64,000 nucleotides of DNA, from positions 24,450-88,449 of the forward strand of contig WQWN01000003.1 in the NCBI GenBank assembly GCA_009785325.1. The letters are read 5' to 3'. Positions 45,439 to 55,463 of the stretch are shown piece by piece. The notes beneath the pieces were generated by a model. It was not told the DNA's origin. It searched no databases and saw only the letters and a program-made list of their open reading frames with translations. This DNA comes from Candidatus Saccharimonadota bacterium (GTDB lineage: Bacteria > Patescibacteriota > Saccharimonadia > Saccharimonadales > Saccharimonadaceae). The position numbers and the translations under genes are program-made. Position 1 is the stretch's first letter, and every line of letters starts with the position of its first letter.

Positions 45439-46593
45439 TTATTTGAATTCACACTTCGCTGGTATCTTCCAGCTCGTCCCGTTCGTAATCTCTTTCGATA
45501 CAATCTCAAACTGAATCACCTCGCTAAACATCGCATATATCGTACTCTTGTCGCGCGACCGAACCGCCACTTGCACCTTGAATTCACCATCAGGTAAAAT
45601 ATTTTTCAACTCTACCTTCAAGCGATTCTGCTCACTCAAATCAATTACTTCACCATCAGCCTGTTCATTCGTCGCCCACCTAAACGCAGTCTCGCCACTA
45701 CTCCTATACACCGTAAATACCACTACGGGGTCTTTTATTTCCGTCTTCGAATTAATCCTCACATCGAACTTCAACTTATCTCCTGTATTCTCAAATTTCA
45801 CATCCAGCTTAATGTTTCGGTTCTCTACATTACTGATATTCTTATTCGCAGTATCGTCATTTAGCTCTTTGTATATTTGAGCGATCTCCATCGCACTGCC
45901 TTCTACAGTCTTATGCCCCTTATCGATCAATAGTACCCGATTACAAAACTGTTGTACCTGATCCATTGAGTGCGTAACTAAAATCACTGTCTTTCCACTA
46001 CTCCTAGCATCTGCAAAAAACTTAAAACACTTCCTCTGAAACGACTCATCCCCCACCGCTAGTACTTCATCCAACACTAAAATATCACTCTTCGCCCGTA
46101 TCGCAATTGAGAACGCCAGCCTCACCTGCATACCACTCGAGTAATTTTTCAGCTTCTGCTCCATAAACTCCTCTAGTTCCGCAAACTCAACAATTTCCTC
46201 ATACATCTCATCCACCTCTATCGTCGAGAACCCCAAGAGCGCCCCATTCAAATAAACATTCTCTCGCCCCGTTAGCTCCGGATTAAATCCTACTCCTAGC
46301 TCAATAAACGGCACCAGCGTCCCGTTCACTGTAATTTCACCACTATCAGGCACATAGATCTGAGAAATCAACTTCAAGAGTGTCGATTTTCCACTTCCAT
46401 TCCTTCCCACAATTCCATAAAAATCACCTTTGTATATTTTGAATGAAACATCTTTCAACACCTGCTGGCGACTATACCCCTTTACTCCCTTGAGTAAATT
46501 AATAACAGCCTGCTTAACCCCGCTTACTCTTTCATTCGGCAATCGAAAGCTCTTAAAAAGCCCCTTAACCTCCAACGCAACCTCTCTATTCAC
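45439..46593 (-). CDS. polysaccharide/teichoic-acid export ABC transporter ATP-binding protein (Wzt/TagH-like) with a C-terminal extension
   Basis: GIVGRNGSGKSTLLK, YSSGMQVRLAFS and LVLDEVLAVGD are present, plus a ~150-aa beta-rich C-terminal domain. The start is taken at the GTG at 46593, 7 nt after GGAGG. Confidence 0.85.
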   Translation of the reverse strand: MNREVALEVKGLFKSFRLPNERVSGVKQAVINLLKGVKGYSRQQVLKDVSFKIYKGDFYGIVGRNGSGKSTLLKLISQIYVPDSGEITVNGTLVPFIELGVGFNPELTGRENVYLNGALLGFSTIEVDEMYEEIVEFAELEEFMEQKLKNYSSGMQVRLAFSIAIRAKSDILVLDEVLAVGDESFQRKCFKFFADARSSGKTVILVTHSMDQVQQFCNRVLLIDKGHKTVEGSAMEIAQIYKELNDDTANKNISNVENRNIKLDVKFENTGDKLKFDVRINSKTEIKDPVVVFTVYRSSGETAFRWATNEQADGEVIDLSEQNRLKVELKNILPDGEFKVQVAVRSRDKSTIYAMFSEVIQFEIVSKEITNGTSWKIPAKCEFK

Positions 46594-46594
46594 A

Positions 46595-47416
46595 CTAAAT
46601 TTCCTCCGCAAATCGCTTAGAATTTTTCCGAAAAACCACCATTCCAAGCACAAAAGCCCCTATCGAAACTCCTACTGGAATTAATCTAATGAACGGATTT
46701 TCTATCATATTCCACACCGTCCCCGTCCCCTGCCAAATCAGATGATATCTCACATCCTGAATCACTTGCGCTACTGGACTCATCAGCATAATCTTCGCCC
46801 CAATCGGACTCATATAATAAATCATTGTAATCGGAAAAATGATTGGTGTTGCAAAAAATGCACCCTGCAGTAATACGTCCCAGATATGTTGCACATCCCG
46901 AAACTTCACATACAACGCACTCAAAAGAAACGCTAGACCCAGCGCCAAAAGATATAGCTGCAAAATAAACACCGGCAACAACAACACCCCCCAGCCAAAA
47001 CTCACACCATTAATCGCCGCAAATATCACTACTACTGTGAGATTGATCGTCAAATTTATCAACGCCGACACTGTCGCCGAAATCACCACAATATACTTTG
47101 GGAAATTGATCTTCCGAAGCAAATCTCCTCGCTCCATCACCGACTGCATCCCACGCCCTGTCGCTTCCGTAAAAAACGCCCAGAGCACATTTCCTGCCAG
47201 AAGTGCTACCGCAAAATGTGGTACATCAGCACCAAAACGCAAAAAATGCACAAACACCACATACATGATCGCAAACATCATAATTGGCTTCAAAACCGAC
47301 CACACCATTCCGAGCACCGAGCCCTGATAGCGCAGCTTAAAATCCGTCTTCACCAATTCCTTCAAGAGGATCATGGAATACCGATACTTCTCCGTCGCTT
47401 TTTTCATCTCCATCAT
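46595..47416 (-). CDS. ABC-2 type polysaccharide export permease (Wzm/TagG-like)
   Basis: DFKLRYQGSVLGMVWSVLKP and six TM helices. ATG at 47416 lies after GGAGG (rc of 47426-47430). Confidence 0.8.
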   Translation of the reverse strand: MMEMKKATEKYRYSMILLKELVKTDFKLRYQGSVLGMVWSVLKPIMMFAIMYVVFVHFLRFGADVPHFAVALLAGNVLWAFFTEATGRGMQSVMERGDLLRKINFPKYIVVISATVSALINLTINLTVVVIFAAINGVSFGWGVLLLPVFILQLYLLALGLAFLLSALYVKFRDVQHIWDVLLQGAFFATPIIFPITMIYYMSPIGAKIMLMSPVAQVIQDVRYHLIWQGTGTVWNMIENPFIRLIPVGVSIGAFVLGMVVFRKNSKRFAEEI

Positions 47417-47456
47417 TGTATCACACCTCCACTTTGCCAGATCGCCCAAATCACCA

Positions 47457-47462
47457 TATAAT
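47457..47462 (+). promoter_or_regulatory. -10 TATAAT 7 nt upstream of the ATG at 47470 (leaderless-type), back-to-back with the wzm promoter region
   Basis: Seen directly. Confidence 0.5.
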
Positions 47463-47469
47463 ATACCTA

Positions 47470-49731
47470 ATGAAAACTATCCTCCTCATCCGCACTGCCG
47501 CCACTACTGACTTCGGTGGCGCCGAAGTTTATCAACTCCATCTTGCTCACGATCTCACTAAACACAGCCTCCGTCCCATCATCGTCACCAACCAACCAAC
47601 TCTCTTAAACTACGCAAAGCAACAAAACCTCCCCACTACCCACGCACCATTCCTGCGTAAACGTAACTGGTCAGGCATCTCCACCCTTCTCTTCCCACTA
47701 TACCTACTCTGGCAGCTCCGCCTTTTCATCTTCTACACTCGCCTCATCATAAAAACCAAACCTTCCGCAGTCCATATTCAGTCAAAAGACGAGTTTATCG
47801 CCGCCACCTACGCCGCCCGCCTCTTCCGCAAGCAAACCATCTGGACCGACCACGCCGACCTCAAACACATCTTCCAAAATATCTTCAAACCTCTCAAAAA
47901 CCCCGTCGGCAAACTTATCTTCGGAGCTTCTCACAAAGCCCACGCTATCACGGTCGCCAGCCAATCCGAAATCGCCGAAATACACAAACAAACCGACGAC
48001 CAACTCTCTCTGACTTTAGTTCACAACACAATTCCCGACCGCTTTACCGAACTCAAATCCATCCAACCAAAAGCCAAAAACTTCATCATTATCTCCCGCA
48101 TCAATCACGAAAAAGGTATCGGCGAGGCTATCACTGCCTTCACCGCTGTCCACACCAAACACCCAGATACCACTCTCGACATCTTCGGCGACGGCGACGA
48201 CCTCAAGCATTTTCAATCTCTCACCACATCCATCCCCGCCATCACTTTCCACGGTCACATCTCCGACCCACTCACCGCATTAGCAAAAGGCGGTATCTTC
48301 CTCGCCCCGACTTATCACGACGCTTTCTCTCTCTCCATCCTCGAAGCCGCCATGATGCAAAAACCCATCATCGCTAGCGACATCCCTTCCGTCCGAGAAC
48401 TCCTCACCGACCACCAATCCGCCCTCCTTGTCTCTACAAAAGATCCAAAAAACTTCGAAAAAGCCATGCTCACTCTTCTCGAAAACTCCAGTCTCGCCAA
48501 AAACCTCGCCAAAAACGCTCGCAAAACCTACGAGCAAAAATTCAATTTCACCAACACTATCACCGATAGATTCATCAAACTCTACACTTCGGACCGCAAA
48601 ATAAAAATCCGCGTCGAAGCCTCCTGTCTCGCTAGTCCAGTCGTCTCCGGAGTCGGCGCTTACACCCAGCAACTCATCGACGCTCTCGCCGCCAGTCCAG
48701 ACGTCGACCTCGACATCTCCTACTTCAACTTCCTCGGCCGAAAACCCTACCCTACCACAAAACCCCCACACACCACTCACGCCATTCGCCTCTTCCCTCT
48801 CAAAATCTACGCTAAGCTCGCCTCCTACCGCCTCGCTCTCCCTTTCGACCTCTTTCTTCCCCGCGTCGATCTTACCATCTTCCCAAATTTTCATCGCTTC
48901 CCTACGATAAAATCCAAAAAAACTGCCACTACCATCCACGACCTCACTCACATCTTTCACCCCGAAGTCGTCGAGTCCAAAAACCTCACTCACCTCAACC
49001 GCGTAGTTCCTCGCGCCCTCATCCAATCTGACCTCATCCTCACCGTCTCCGAAACATCCCGTTACGCCATCACAAAAAACTACCACACCGACCCAAGCAA
49101 AATCCTCGTCACCCACATCGCTCCCGACCCCATGTATACCCACAAATCCACCATAAACATCCACAAAAAATACCAGATCCCCTTCAGTAACTTCATTCTC
49201 TTCATCGGCAATTTCGAACCTCGCAAAAACCTATCCGTCCTCATCAAAGCCTATCAACTCCTCCCCACTAAATTCAAAGTTCAGTACGGCCTAATCCTCG
49301 TCGGTGGCAACTCTTGGAAAAACGAGAAAACCAAAAAACTCCTCGACCGAGCCGTTGAGTCCGGCGAAAAAATCCTCCACATCGACCATGTTCCTAGGCA
49401 AGAAACCGCTGCCTTCTACCGGTCCGCTTCTCTCTTCGTCATGCCATCTATTTACGAGGGATTCGGCATGCCTATCGTCGAAGCCGCCGCCTCACAAATC
49501 CCCACTCTCGCCAGCGATATTCCCGTCCTCCGAGAAGTAGGCGCCGACGGCTGCCTCTACGCCGACCCTAAAAAACCTCAAGATTTCGCCGACCAAATCC
49601 AAAAAATCCTCACCAACAAAAAACTCCAGAATCAACTCACTAAATTCGCCACCAAAAACCTTACTCGCTTCAGCTGGGACAACAACATCAAGAACCTCCT
49701 CGCCCACCTCGCCAGCGAATCGCAGTCGTGA
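47470..49731 (+). CDS. double GT4 glycosyltransferase (two GT-B modules fused)
   Basis: Module 1 has FGGAEVYQLHL...SLSILEAAMMQKPIIASDIPSVRELL. Module 2 has EGFGMPIVEAAASQIPTLASDIPVLREVG. Confidence 0.8.
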   Translation: MKTILLIRTAATTDFGGAEVYQLHLAHDLTKHSLRPIIVTNQPTLLNYAKQQNLPTTHAPFLRKRNWSGISTLLFPLYLLWQLRLFIFYTRLIIKTKPSAVHIQSKDEFIAATYAARLFRKQTIWTDHADLKHIFQNIFKPLKNPVGKLIFGASHKAHAITVASQSEIAEIHKQTDDQLSLTLVHNTIPDRFTELKSIQPKAKNFIIISRINHEKGIGEAITAFTAVHTKHPDTTLDIFGDGDDLKHFQSLTTSIPAITFHGHISDPLTALAKGGIFLAPTYHDAFSLSILEAAMMQKPIIASDIPSVRELLTDHQSALLVSTKDPKNFEKAMLTLLENSSLAKNLAKNARKTYEQKFNFTNTITDRFIKLYTSDRKIKIRVEASCLASPVVSGVGAYTQQLIDALAASPDVDLDISYFNFLGRKPYPTTKPPHTTHAIRLFPLKIYAKLASYRLALPFDLFLPRVDLTIFPNFHRFPTIKSKKTATTIHDLTHIFHPEVVESKNLTHLNRVVPRALIQSDLILTVSETSRYAITKNYHTDPSKILVTHIAPDPMYTHKSTINIHKKYQIPFSNFILFIGNFEPRKNLSVLIKAYQLLPTKFKVQYGLILVGGNSWKNEKTKKLLDRAVESGEKILHIDHVPRQETAAFYRSASLFVMPSIYEGFGMPIVEAAASQIPTLASDIPVLREVGADGCLYADPKKPQDFADQIQKILTNKKLQNQLTKFATKNLTRFSWDNNIKNLLAHLASESQS

Positions 49732-49737
49732 TATAAT
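49729..49737 (+). promoter_or_regulatory. extended -10 TGATATAAT for glmS (~75-nt leader, SD AGGAGG at 49807-49812)
   Basis: Seen directly. Confidence 0.5.
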
Positions 49738-49817
49738 AAAAATTCATAAGCAACTCACCGGTTTCGCGCTCTGGCGCACCTAATCCGCCACCTGCAAACC
49801 ACTAATAGGAGGTATAA

Positions 49818-51650
49818 ATGTGCGGAATCGTAGGCTACATCGGCAACAAAAAAGCTAGTGACATTCTCGTCAGTGGCCTCAAACGCCTCGAATACAGAGG
49901 ATACGACTCTTCAGGAATCGTCACTATCAACCCCGAAAACAACCCAACCCTCCTCCGCTCCACCGGCAAAATCATCGAGCTCGAAAAACTCGTCGACCAA
50001 AACCCGACCCCAGACCAGATCGGCATCGGCCATACTCGCTGGGCCACTCACGGTGCCCCCGCCGAACGAAACGCCCACCCGCACCGCGCAGGCGATATTT
50101 TCCTCGTCCATAACGGCATTATCGAAAATTACAAAGAGCTCAAATCCCAACTCTCCGACTACGAGTTCACTTCCGACACTGATACTGAAGTACTCGCCGC
50201 CCTCATCAACTCTTTTTACGACCCAGACACCACTCTCCAATCCGCCGTTACTCAAGCCTTGAATCTCGTTCACGGCACCTACGGTATCGCCGTCCTCTCC
50301 ATCCGCGAACCCGACCAAATCATCGTCGCCCGCCTCGGCAGCCCCCTCCTCATCGGCGTCGGCAAAGATAAAGATAACCCCGAAAATATCGTCGCGTCAG
50401 ACGCTTCCGCCCTTCTCGGACATACAAAAAACGCCATCTACCTAAACAATGGTGAACTCGCCATCATCACAAAAACCGAAGTCAAACTCCTCGACCTAGC
50501 CGCCCAAGAGCTCACTCCAAAAGTCGAAAAAATCACCGCCGAACTCGCTGAAATCCAGAAACAGGGCTATGAACATTTCCTACTCAAAGAAATCATGGAA
50601 CAATCCACCACTCTCAGATCCACCATCTCCGGTCGCGTCGACCCAGAAAAAGGCACCATGAAACTCGGCGGACTCAATCTCTCCGACCAAGAACTCCGCG
50701 GAATCAAACACATCGTCATCGTCGGCTGCGGCACCGCCTACTACGCCGGCATGCTCGCCGCTTACTACATCGAACAAGTCCTCGACGACGTCACCACCGA
50801 AGTCGTCATCGCCAGCGAATACCGCTATCGCGCCTTCAATCTCCCTGAAGCTTCCGTCGCCCTCATCGTCTCCCAGTCCGGCGAAACCGCCGACACTCTA
50901 GCTTGTCTCCGCGAGATAAAAGCCCGCGGCGTCAAAACTCTAGGTATCATAAATGTTGTAGGATCTACAATAGCCAGAGAAGTCGACGGCGGTACCTACG
51001 TCCACGCCGGCCCCGAAATCTCCGTCGCCAGCACAAAAGCCTTCACTTCACAGGTCGCCACCATGATCATGTTCGCCGGCACAGTAGCAAAAGCAAAAGA
51101 CATAAATCCTCAAATAATCGCCAAATTTGCCCGTGAACTCTCGCTCCTTCCCGACGAAATCGCCAAAACTCTACAAACCCACCAGCCCGAAATCCAAGCT
51201 CTCGCCAGACATTACTCCAAATACGATCACGCCCTCTACTTAGGTCGCGACACCGCCTATCCCGTCGCCCTCGAAGGCGCCCTCAAACTCAAAGAAATCT
51301 CCTACATCCACGCCGAAGGATACGCCGCCGGCGAACTCAAACACGGCCCCTTCGCCCTCGTCGACGACCGCTTTTTCGAACTTTTCCTCATCATCGACGG
51401 TTGGCTCATCGACAAATCCCTCTCCGCCCTCCAAGAAGTAAAAGCCCGTGGTGGCCACACTGTCGTCTTCACAAACAGCACAAAAGAAATTGAATCAGAC
51501 CACCTAGTCCGCATCACTACCCAGCTCGACCTCCTCACCCCTATCCTCCTAAACGTCCTTCAGCAACTCTTCGCCTACTACATGGCCGTAGAAAAAGGCG
51601 GCGACGTCGACCAACCCCGCAACCTAGCCAAATCCGTCACCGTGGAATAG
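49818..51650 (+). CDS. glmS: glutamine--fructose-6-phosphate aminotransferase
   Basis: MCGIVGYIG, two SIS domains, and the C-terminal DQPRNLAKSVTVE. Confidence 0.95.
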   Translation: MCGIVGYIGNKKASDILVSGLKRLEYRGYDSSGIVTINPENNPTLLRSTGKIIELEKLVDQNPTPDQIGIGHTRWATHGAPAERNAHPHRAGDIFLVHNGIIENYKELKSQLSDYEFTSDTDTEVLAALINSFYDPDTTLQSAVTQALNLVHGTYGIAVLSIREPDQIIVARLGSPLLIGVGKDKDNPENIVASDASALLGHTKNAIYLNNGELAIITKTEVKLLDLAAQELTPKVEKITAELAEIQKQGYEHFLLKEIMEQSTTLRSTISGRVDPEKGTMKLGGLNLSDQELRGIKHIVIVGCGTAYYAGMLAAYYIEQVLDDVTTEVVIASEYRYRAFNLPEASVALIVSQSGETADTLACLREIKARGVKTLGIINVVGSTIAREVDGGTYVHAGPEISVASTKAFTSQVATMIMFAGTVAKAKDINPQIIAKFARELSLLPDEIAKTLQTHQPEIQALARHYSKYDHALYLGRDTAYPVALEGALKLKEISYIHAEGYAAGELKHGPFALVDDRFFELFLIIDGWLIDKSLSALQEVKARGGHTVVFTNSTKEIESDHLVRITTQLDLLTPILLNVLQQLFAYYMAVEKGGDVDQPRNLAKSVTVE

Positions 51651-52595
51651 TTAAATCCCCCGCGACCCCTCCCGATCCAAAATATAAAGCGGCCGCCCCT
51701 GCGTCTCCGCATAAATATGCGAAATATAAAGCGCCACCACCGCCTGCGAAATCAAAACCATCCCGACGAGAAACGTAATAAATATTGCCAGCATCGTCGG
51801 CCCCGTCCAATTCAGCCCCAACGGATCCCCCATAATCAACTGTTGCACAATCACAAACACCCCTAGCACGCCTGATAAAAACGTAATTATCATCCCCATC
51901 CATCCCAAAAACAGTAGCGGCCTGATACTTAGTGAAATAAAACTATCAATCGCCAGCTTCGCCAGCTTCCAAAACTTATAATTCGCCTTCCCCGCATGTC
52001 GATTCCCATAAACATAGTAAACATACTCTTGCGGAAAACCCATCCAGTCGATCAACCCCCGCGTAATCCTATTCCTCTCTGTTAAACGACAATATTCTTC
52101 CTTCACAACCTTATCAATCAGCCGAAAATCCGTAGATCCAGGCACCGTCTCAGTCCCCATCCTTTTCATCAAAAAATAAAATAATTTCGACCCCAACTTC
52201 GCCACCAGCCCATGCTTTTGAAAATGTTTTCGCACACCTGTTACCACCTTCGCTCCCGCCTCCCACTTCTCCACAAACTCCGGGATAATCTCCGGTGGCT
52301 GCTGTCCATCCGCGTCAATCGTCAACACCGCATCACCACTTGCCGCCTCAATCCCTGCCGCCAACGCCACCTCTTTTCCGAAGTTCCGAACAAACGATAC
52401 TACTTTCACTCGCTCGTCTTTCTTCGCCATTCTCTGAAGTTTCTCGAGAGTCCTATCTCGACTCCCGTCATTCACATAAATCACCTCTACGCTTTTCACT
52501 TCCAAGTTCTTCACCACCGGCATTAACATCTCATCGTGAAAATGTTCAATCCCCGCCTCCTCGTTAAATACTGGCACCACTACAGATAATTTCAT
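51651..52595 (-). CDS. GT2 polyprenol-phosphate glycosyltransferase (GtrB/ArnC-like)
   Basis: KLSVVVPVFNEEAGI...VIYVNDGSRDRT...IDADGQ and two C-terminal TM helices. The start was chosen at MKLSVV. Confidence 0.85.
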   Translation of the reverse strand: MKLSVVVPVFNEEAGIEHFHDEMLMPVVKNLEVKSVEVIYVNDGSRDRTLEKLQRMAKKDERVKVVSFVRNFGKEVALAAGIEAASGDAVLTIDADGQQPPEIIPEFVEKWEAGAKVVTGVRKHFQKHGLVAKLGSKLFYFLMKRMGTETVPGSTDFRLIDKVVKEEYCRLTERNRITRGLIDWMGFPQEYVYYVYGNRHAGKANYKFWKLAKLAIDSFISLSIRPLLFLGWMGMIITFLSGVLGVFVIVQQLIMGDPLGLNWTGPTMLAIFITFLVGMVLISQAVVALYISHIYAETQGRPLYILDREGSRGI

Positions 52596-52601
52596 AGTCA
52601 A

Positions 52602-52610
52602 ATAATACCA
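52602..52610 (-). promoter_or_regulatory. extended -10 TGGTATTAT 6 nt upstream of the ATG at 52595 (leaderless-type)
   Basis: The rc of ataatacca. Confidence 0.5.
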
Positions 52611-52636
52611 CCCTCGCGTCAAATTCACCAGCACCC

Positions 52637-52666
52637 TTGACTCTCCCCGCCTGTAATCAGTATAAT
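52637..52666 (+). promoter_or_regulatory. tRNA-Asn promoter (TTGACT, 18-nt spacer, TATAAT)
   Basis: Consensus hexamers end 11 nt before the tRNA 5' end. Confidence 0.7.
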
Positions 52667-52677
52667 CATTCAAGTAT

Positions 52678-52752
52678 TCCCCGGTAGCTCAATGGTGGAG
52701 CAAGAAGCTGTTAACTTCGAGGTTACTGGTTCGAGTCCAGTCCGGGGAGCCA
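52678..52752 (+). tRNA. tRNA-Asn (anticodon GTT) with encoded CCA
   Basis: Folded by hand. Acceptor TCCCCGG/CCGGGGA; D arm GCTC..GAGC; anticodon loop CTGTTAA; T arm ACTGG-TTCGAGT-CCAGT; discriminator G followed by CCA. Confidence 0.93.
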
Positions 52753-52763
52753 TACTGAATTCT

Positions 52764-52785
52764 GGTGCTGCGAAGCACCTTTTTA
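52764..52785 (+). terminator. intrinsic terminator after tRNA-Asn (GGTGCT-GCGA-AGCACC followed by TTTTTA)
   Basis: Seen directly. Confidence 0.8.
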
Positions 52786-52885
52786 TATTGAGAATTGACT
52801 CTAACCATACTTCCAGCTGATATTACCTCGTCCATTTTTACTATTGGAATGAAGTACTTATTGGGCTACAATTTAACTTCGGAGA

Positions 52886-53341
52886 ATGGCACGACTAACA
52901 CACCACGAGGTTAAGATGTATATAGTAAAAATTAAAGTCGATAAATCAGAAATAGACGGCAGGGGAGTTTTCGCATCGGAAAGGATTAAGAAAGGTAAAA
53001 CGGTTTGGGTTTACGACCCAGAACATGATCTTTCATTTGACCAAGAAGAATTCGATAGGCTTGACTCCGACGAGAAAGAGCGGCTTCATCATTCAGCATA
53101 CCTGTCGCCATGGACAGGCTTGCGGATCAGCCCGCCAGCAGGTGATCCAGCCAACTACACGAACCATAGCACCGAGAATAATTTATCAGTACGTTACGAT
53201 AAAAGCGTTTCGCCAGAACTATATTTCGTAGCAAATCGAGATATTGAAGTCGGCGAAGAACTTACGAATAACTATCATGAGTTCGATGAAATAACTAGAA
53301 AGACGAAACCAGGCTGGGCAAAGGAAGTGGATGCGAATTAA
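52886..53341 (+). CDS. SET-domain protein (putative lysine methyltransferase)
   Basis: IDGRGVFASERIKKGKTV, ANYTNHSTENN (NHS motif) and VGEELTNNYHEF (ELxxxY motif) are present. The start may instead be the ATG at 52916. Confidence 0.65.
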   Translation: MARLTHHEVKMYIVKIKVDKSEIDGRGVFASERIKKGKTVWVYDPEHDLSFDQEEFDRLDSDEKERLHHSAYLSPWTGLRISPPAGDPANYTNHSTENNLSVRYDKSVSPELYFVANRDIEVGEELTNNYHEFDEITRKTKPGWAKEVDAN

Positions 53342-53546
53342 CGATTATTCTATAAGCGTGCAGGCAAAAGAAATCAAAGAAATGTCAGCTCGCACCGAGC
53401 CATTTGAAACAAATCTTGCTGGCGTCAACGTAACGGTTTTACCCAAGGTTTATCCAGGTGGAGTAGATAGCGAGCTAACAAGTAAGGCTATTGGCGATAT
53501 GGTTAATATGATTCATGTCAATTCACCTAAACACGGCTGCAAATAG
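53331..53546 (+). pseudogene. N-terminal remnant of a class I SAM methyltransferase (truncated before the GxGxG motif)
   Basis: LAGVNVTVLPKVYPGGVDSELTSKAIGD resembles the segment that precedes the SAM-binding motif in small-domain methyltransferases. The ORF stops after 71 aa. Confidence 0.3.
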
Positions 53547-53561
53547 AAACTAAGCGAGTTT

Positions 53562-55451
53562 ATGCCAAAACAAAAATCTAAAAACCTAGACTTAATCACT
53601 CTTTACACAAAACCCCTCGCCGCCCTCACGACGCTTTTTAATAATACTGAATACATCTCCCACACCGACCTCCAAACCACCCTAAAACCTTTCAAATCTC
53701 TCAACCTCTCCCGCTCCCACATCCTAAAACTCTCTCTACTCCACCTCAAAAAACTCCAACCCCGCCAAGCCCTCACCCTCCTAAAAACCACCCACCAAAT
53801 CAAGAAATTCCTAGCTCGTCGCGACCATCACAACAAAAACTTCATCACCCGCGAACAACAAAAACCCCACGTCTACACAAACCATGCCCTCGACTCCCAG
53901 CAGATCGAAGCAATCGTCGCATGCGAAGACGCCACTCTCGTCCTCGCCTCCGCCGGCAGCGGCAAAACCCTCACCCTCCTCGCTAAAATTACCTACCTTC
54001 ACGATCACCTAAAAATCCCCGCACACGAAATCCTCGCCATCTCTTTCACCAAAAAAACCGTCCAAGAATTAAAACAGCGCATCTCCCTCAAAAACGTCCA
54101 AGTCCATACTTTCCACTCCCTCGGCAACAAGATCCTCAGAGAATCCTCCACCCAAACCCCCACGCTCGCTGACGAAACCGAAATCCGCAAACTCCTCAAA
54201 TCCACACTCGATCACCATATCAAAACCAACAAATCCTACACCCCAAAATACACTGACTTCACCCACAGCACCACCGACACCCCTGCTTTCGACGACCTCG
54301 TCCACACCTTCCTCCTACTCCAGAAAAACGCCAACCTCTCACTCGCCGACGTCCAGCATAGAATCGAATCCATCCGCGGCCCTTCCCTCCGACTCCACGC
54401 CAAAACCTTCCTCGACCTCTACTCTCCCATCTACCGCACCTACCAAAAACATCTCAAATCCACCAATCAAATCGATTTCGCCGACATGATTAATAGTGCC
54501 ACAAAAATCCTCAAAACCAAAACTCCTACCACTTTCTCAAACCTCAAATACATCCTCATCGACGAAGTCCAAGACCTCTCCCTTAACCGCTACAAACTCA
54601 TCCGCACCCTCCTCGACCAGAACCCCACCGCCAAACTCTTCGCAGTCGGTGACGACTGGCAATCCATTTACCGTTTCGCCGGCAGCGACCTCTCGCTCAT
54701 CCAAGACTTCGAACGAACTTTCGCTCGAAAGACTCATCACACCACCATCGAATCTACTTATCGTTTCGGCTCACCCACCACTCGTATCAGTAGCAACTTC
54801 ATCCTCAAAAACCCCTCTCAGTCCCGCAAAAAAGTTACATCTCCCTCCCAAAAACAAACTTCCATCGAAATCCACCTCCACTCATCCCAAACCCCACAGT
54901 CCAACAGTCCTCACCCCGAAGCTCAAAAAGTCCACGAAATCCTCACCAGCCTCCACGACCAAATCGACCTATCAAGTCAACAAATTCAAATCATCTCCCG
55001 CTACAACCAAGACATCGAAACCGTCCTCGGTAATAAACAGAAGAAAATCCCCAATCACCCCGCTTTCCAAAAACTCACCACCAAAAACCCCAAATCAGCC
55101 CCATCAAACAAAGAAATCTCCATCAAATGGTATGCTCACCCCAGAGCAAAACCCATCCACCTCGCATTTTGTTCCATTCACAAAGCTAAAGGCATCACTC
55201 GCGACATCGTCATCGTCCTCAATATGAATTCTAAAAACAAAAGTATGCCTGCCTCCCAGTCAAACAACTCTATCACCGAACTCCTCCTCGCTCACCCAAA
55301 CCCATACCCTCACGCCGAAGAACGCCGCTTATTCTACGTAGCCATCACTCGCGCTCGTCGCGCCACTTATCTCATCGCCAATCAAAAACACCCATCCTCT
55401 TTCTTGCTCGAAATATCCCCCGACCTCGCCCGCGAATTCTCCGCCCCCTAA
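53562..55451 (+). CDS. UvrD/Rep-family (helicase IV-like) DNA helicase
   Basis: VLASAGSGKTLTLLAKI, ILIDEVQDLS, VGDDWQSIYRFAGS, IHKAKGITRD and RRLFYVAITRARR are present. Confidence 0.85.
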   Translation: MPKQKSKNLDLITLYTKPLAALTTLFNNTEYISHTDLQTTLKPFKSLNLSRSHILKLSLLHLKKLQPRQALTLLKTTHQIKKFLARRDHHNKNFITREQQKPHVYTNHALDSQQIEAIVACEDATLVLASAGSGKTLTLLAKITYLHDHLKIPAHEILAISFTKKTVQELKQRISLKNVQVHTFHSLGNKILRESSTQTPTLADETEIRKLLKSTLDHHIKTNKSYTPKYTDFTHSTTDTPAFDDLVHTFLLLQKNANLSLADVQHRIESIRGPSLRLHAKTFLDLYSPIYRTYQKHLKSTNQIDFADMINSATKILKTKTPTTFSNLKYILIDEVQDLSLNRYKLIRTLLDQNPTAKLFAVGDDWQSIYRFAGSDLSLIQDFERTFARKTHHTTIESTYRFGSPTTRISSNFILKNPSQSRKKVTSPSQKQTSIEIHLHSSQTPQSNSPHPEAQKVHEILTSLHDQIDLSSQQIQIISRYNQDIETVLGNKQKKIPNHPAFQKLTTKNPKSAPSNKEISIKWYAHPRAKPIHLAFCSIHKAKGITRDIVIVLNMNSKNKSMPASQSNNSITELLLAHPNPYPHAEERRLFYVAITRARRATYLIANQKHPSSFLLEISPDLAREFSAP

Positions 55452-55463
55452 TTAGACTTACTC

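Noticed and set aside
49738-49817. Possible glmS ribozyme upstream of glmS; the element GCGCTCTGGCGC resembles GCGCCAGA in reverse.
   Set aside because: The leader is only ~75 nt and lacks the ribozyme core. The resemblance is on the wrong strand.
52596-52673. Track start for the GT2 gene at 52673, and similar over-long starts at 43082, 56510, 47449, 28502 and 8148.
   Set aside because: The extensions run through -10 boxes or, at 52637-52666, through the tRNA-Asn promoter. Conserved N-termini begin at the downstream ATG.
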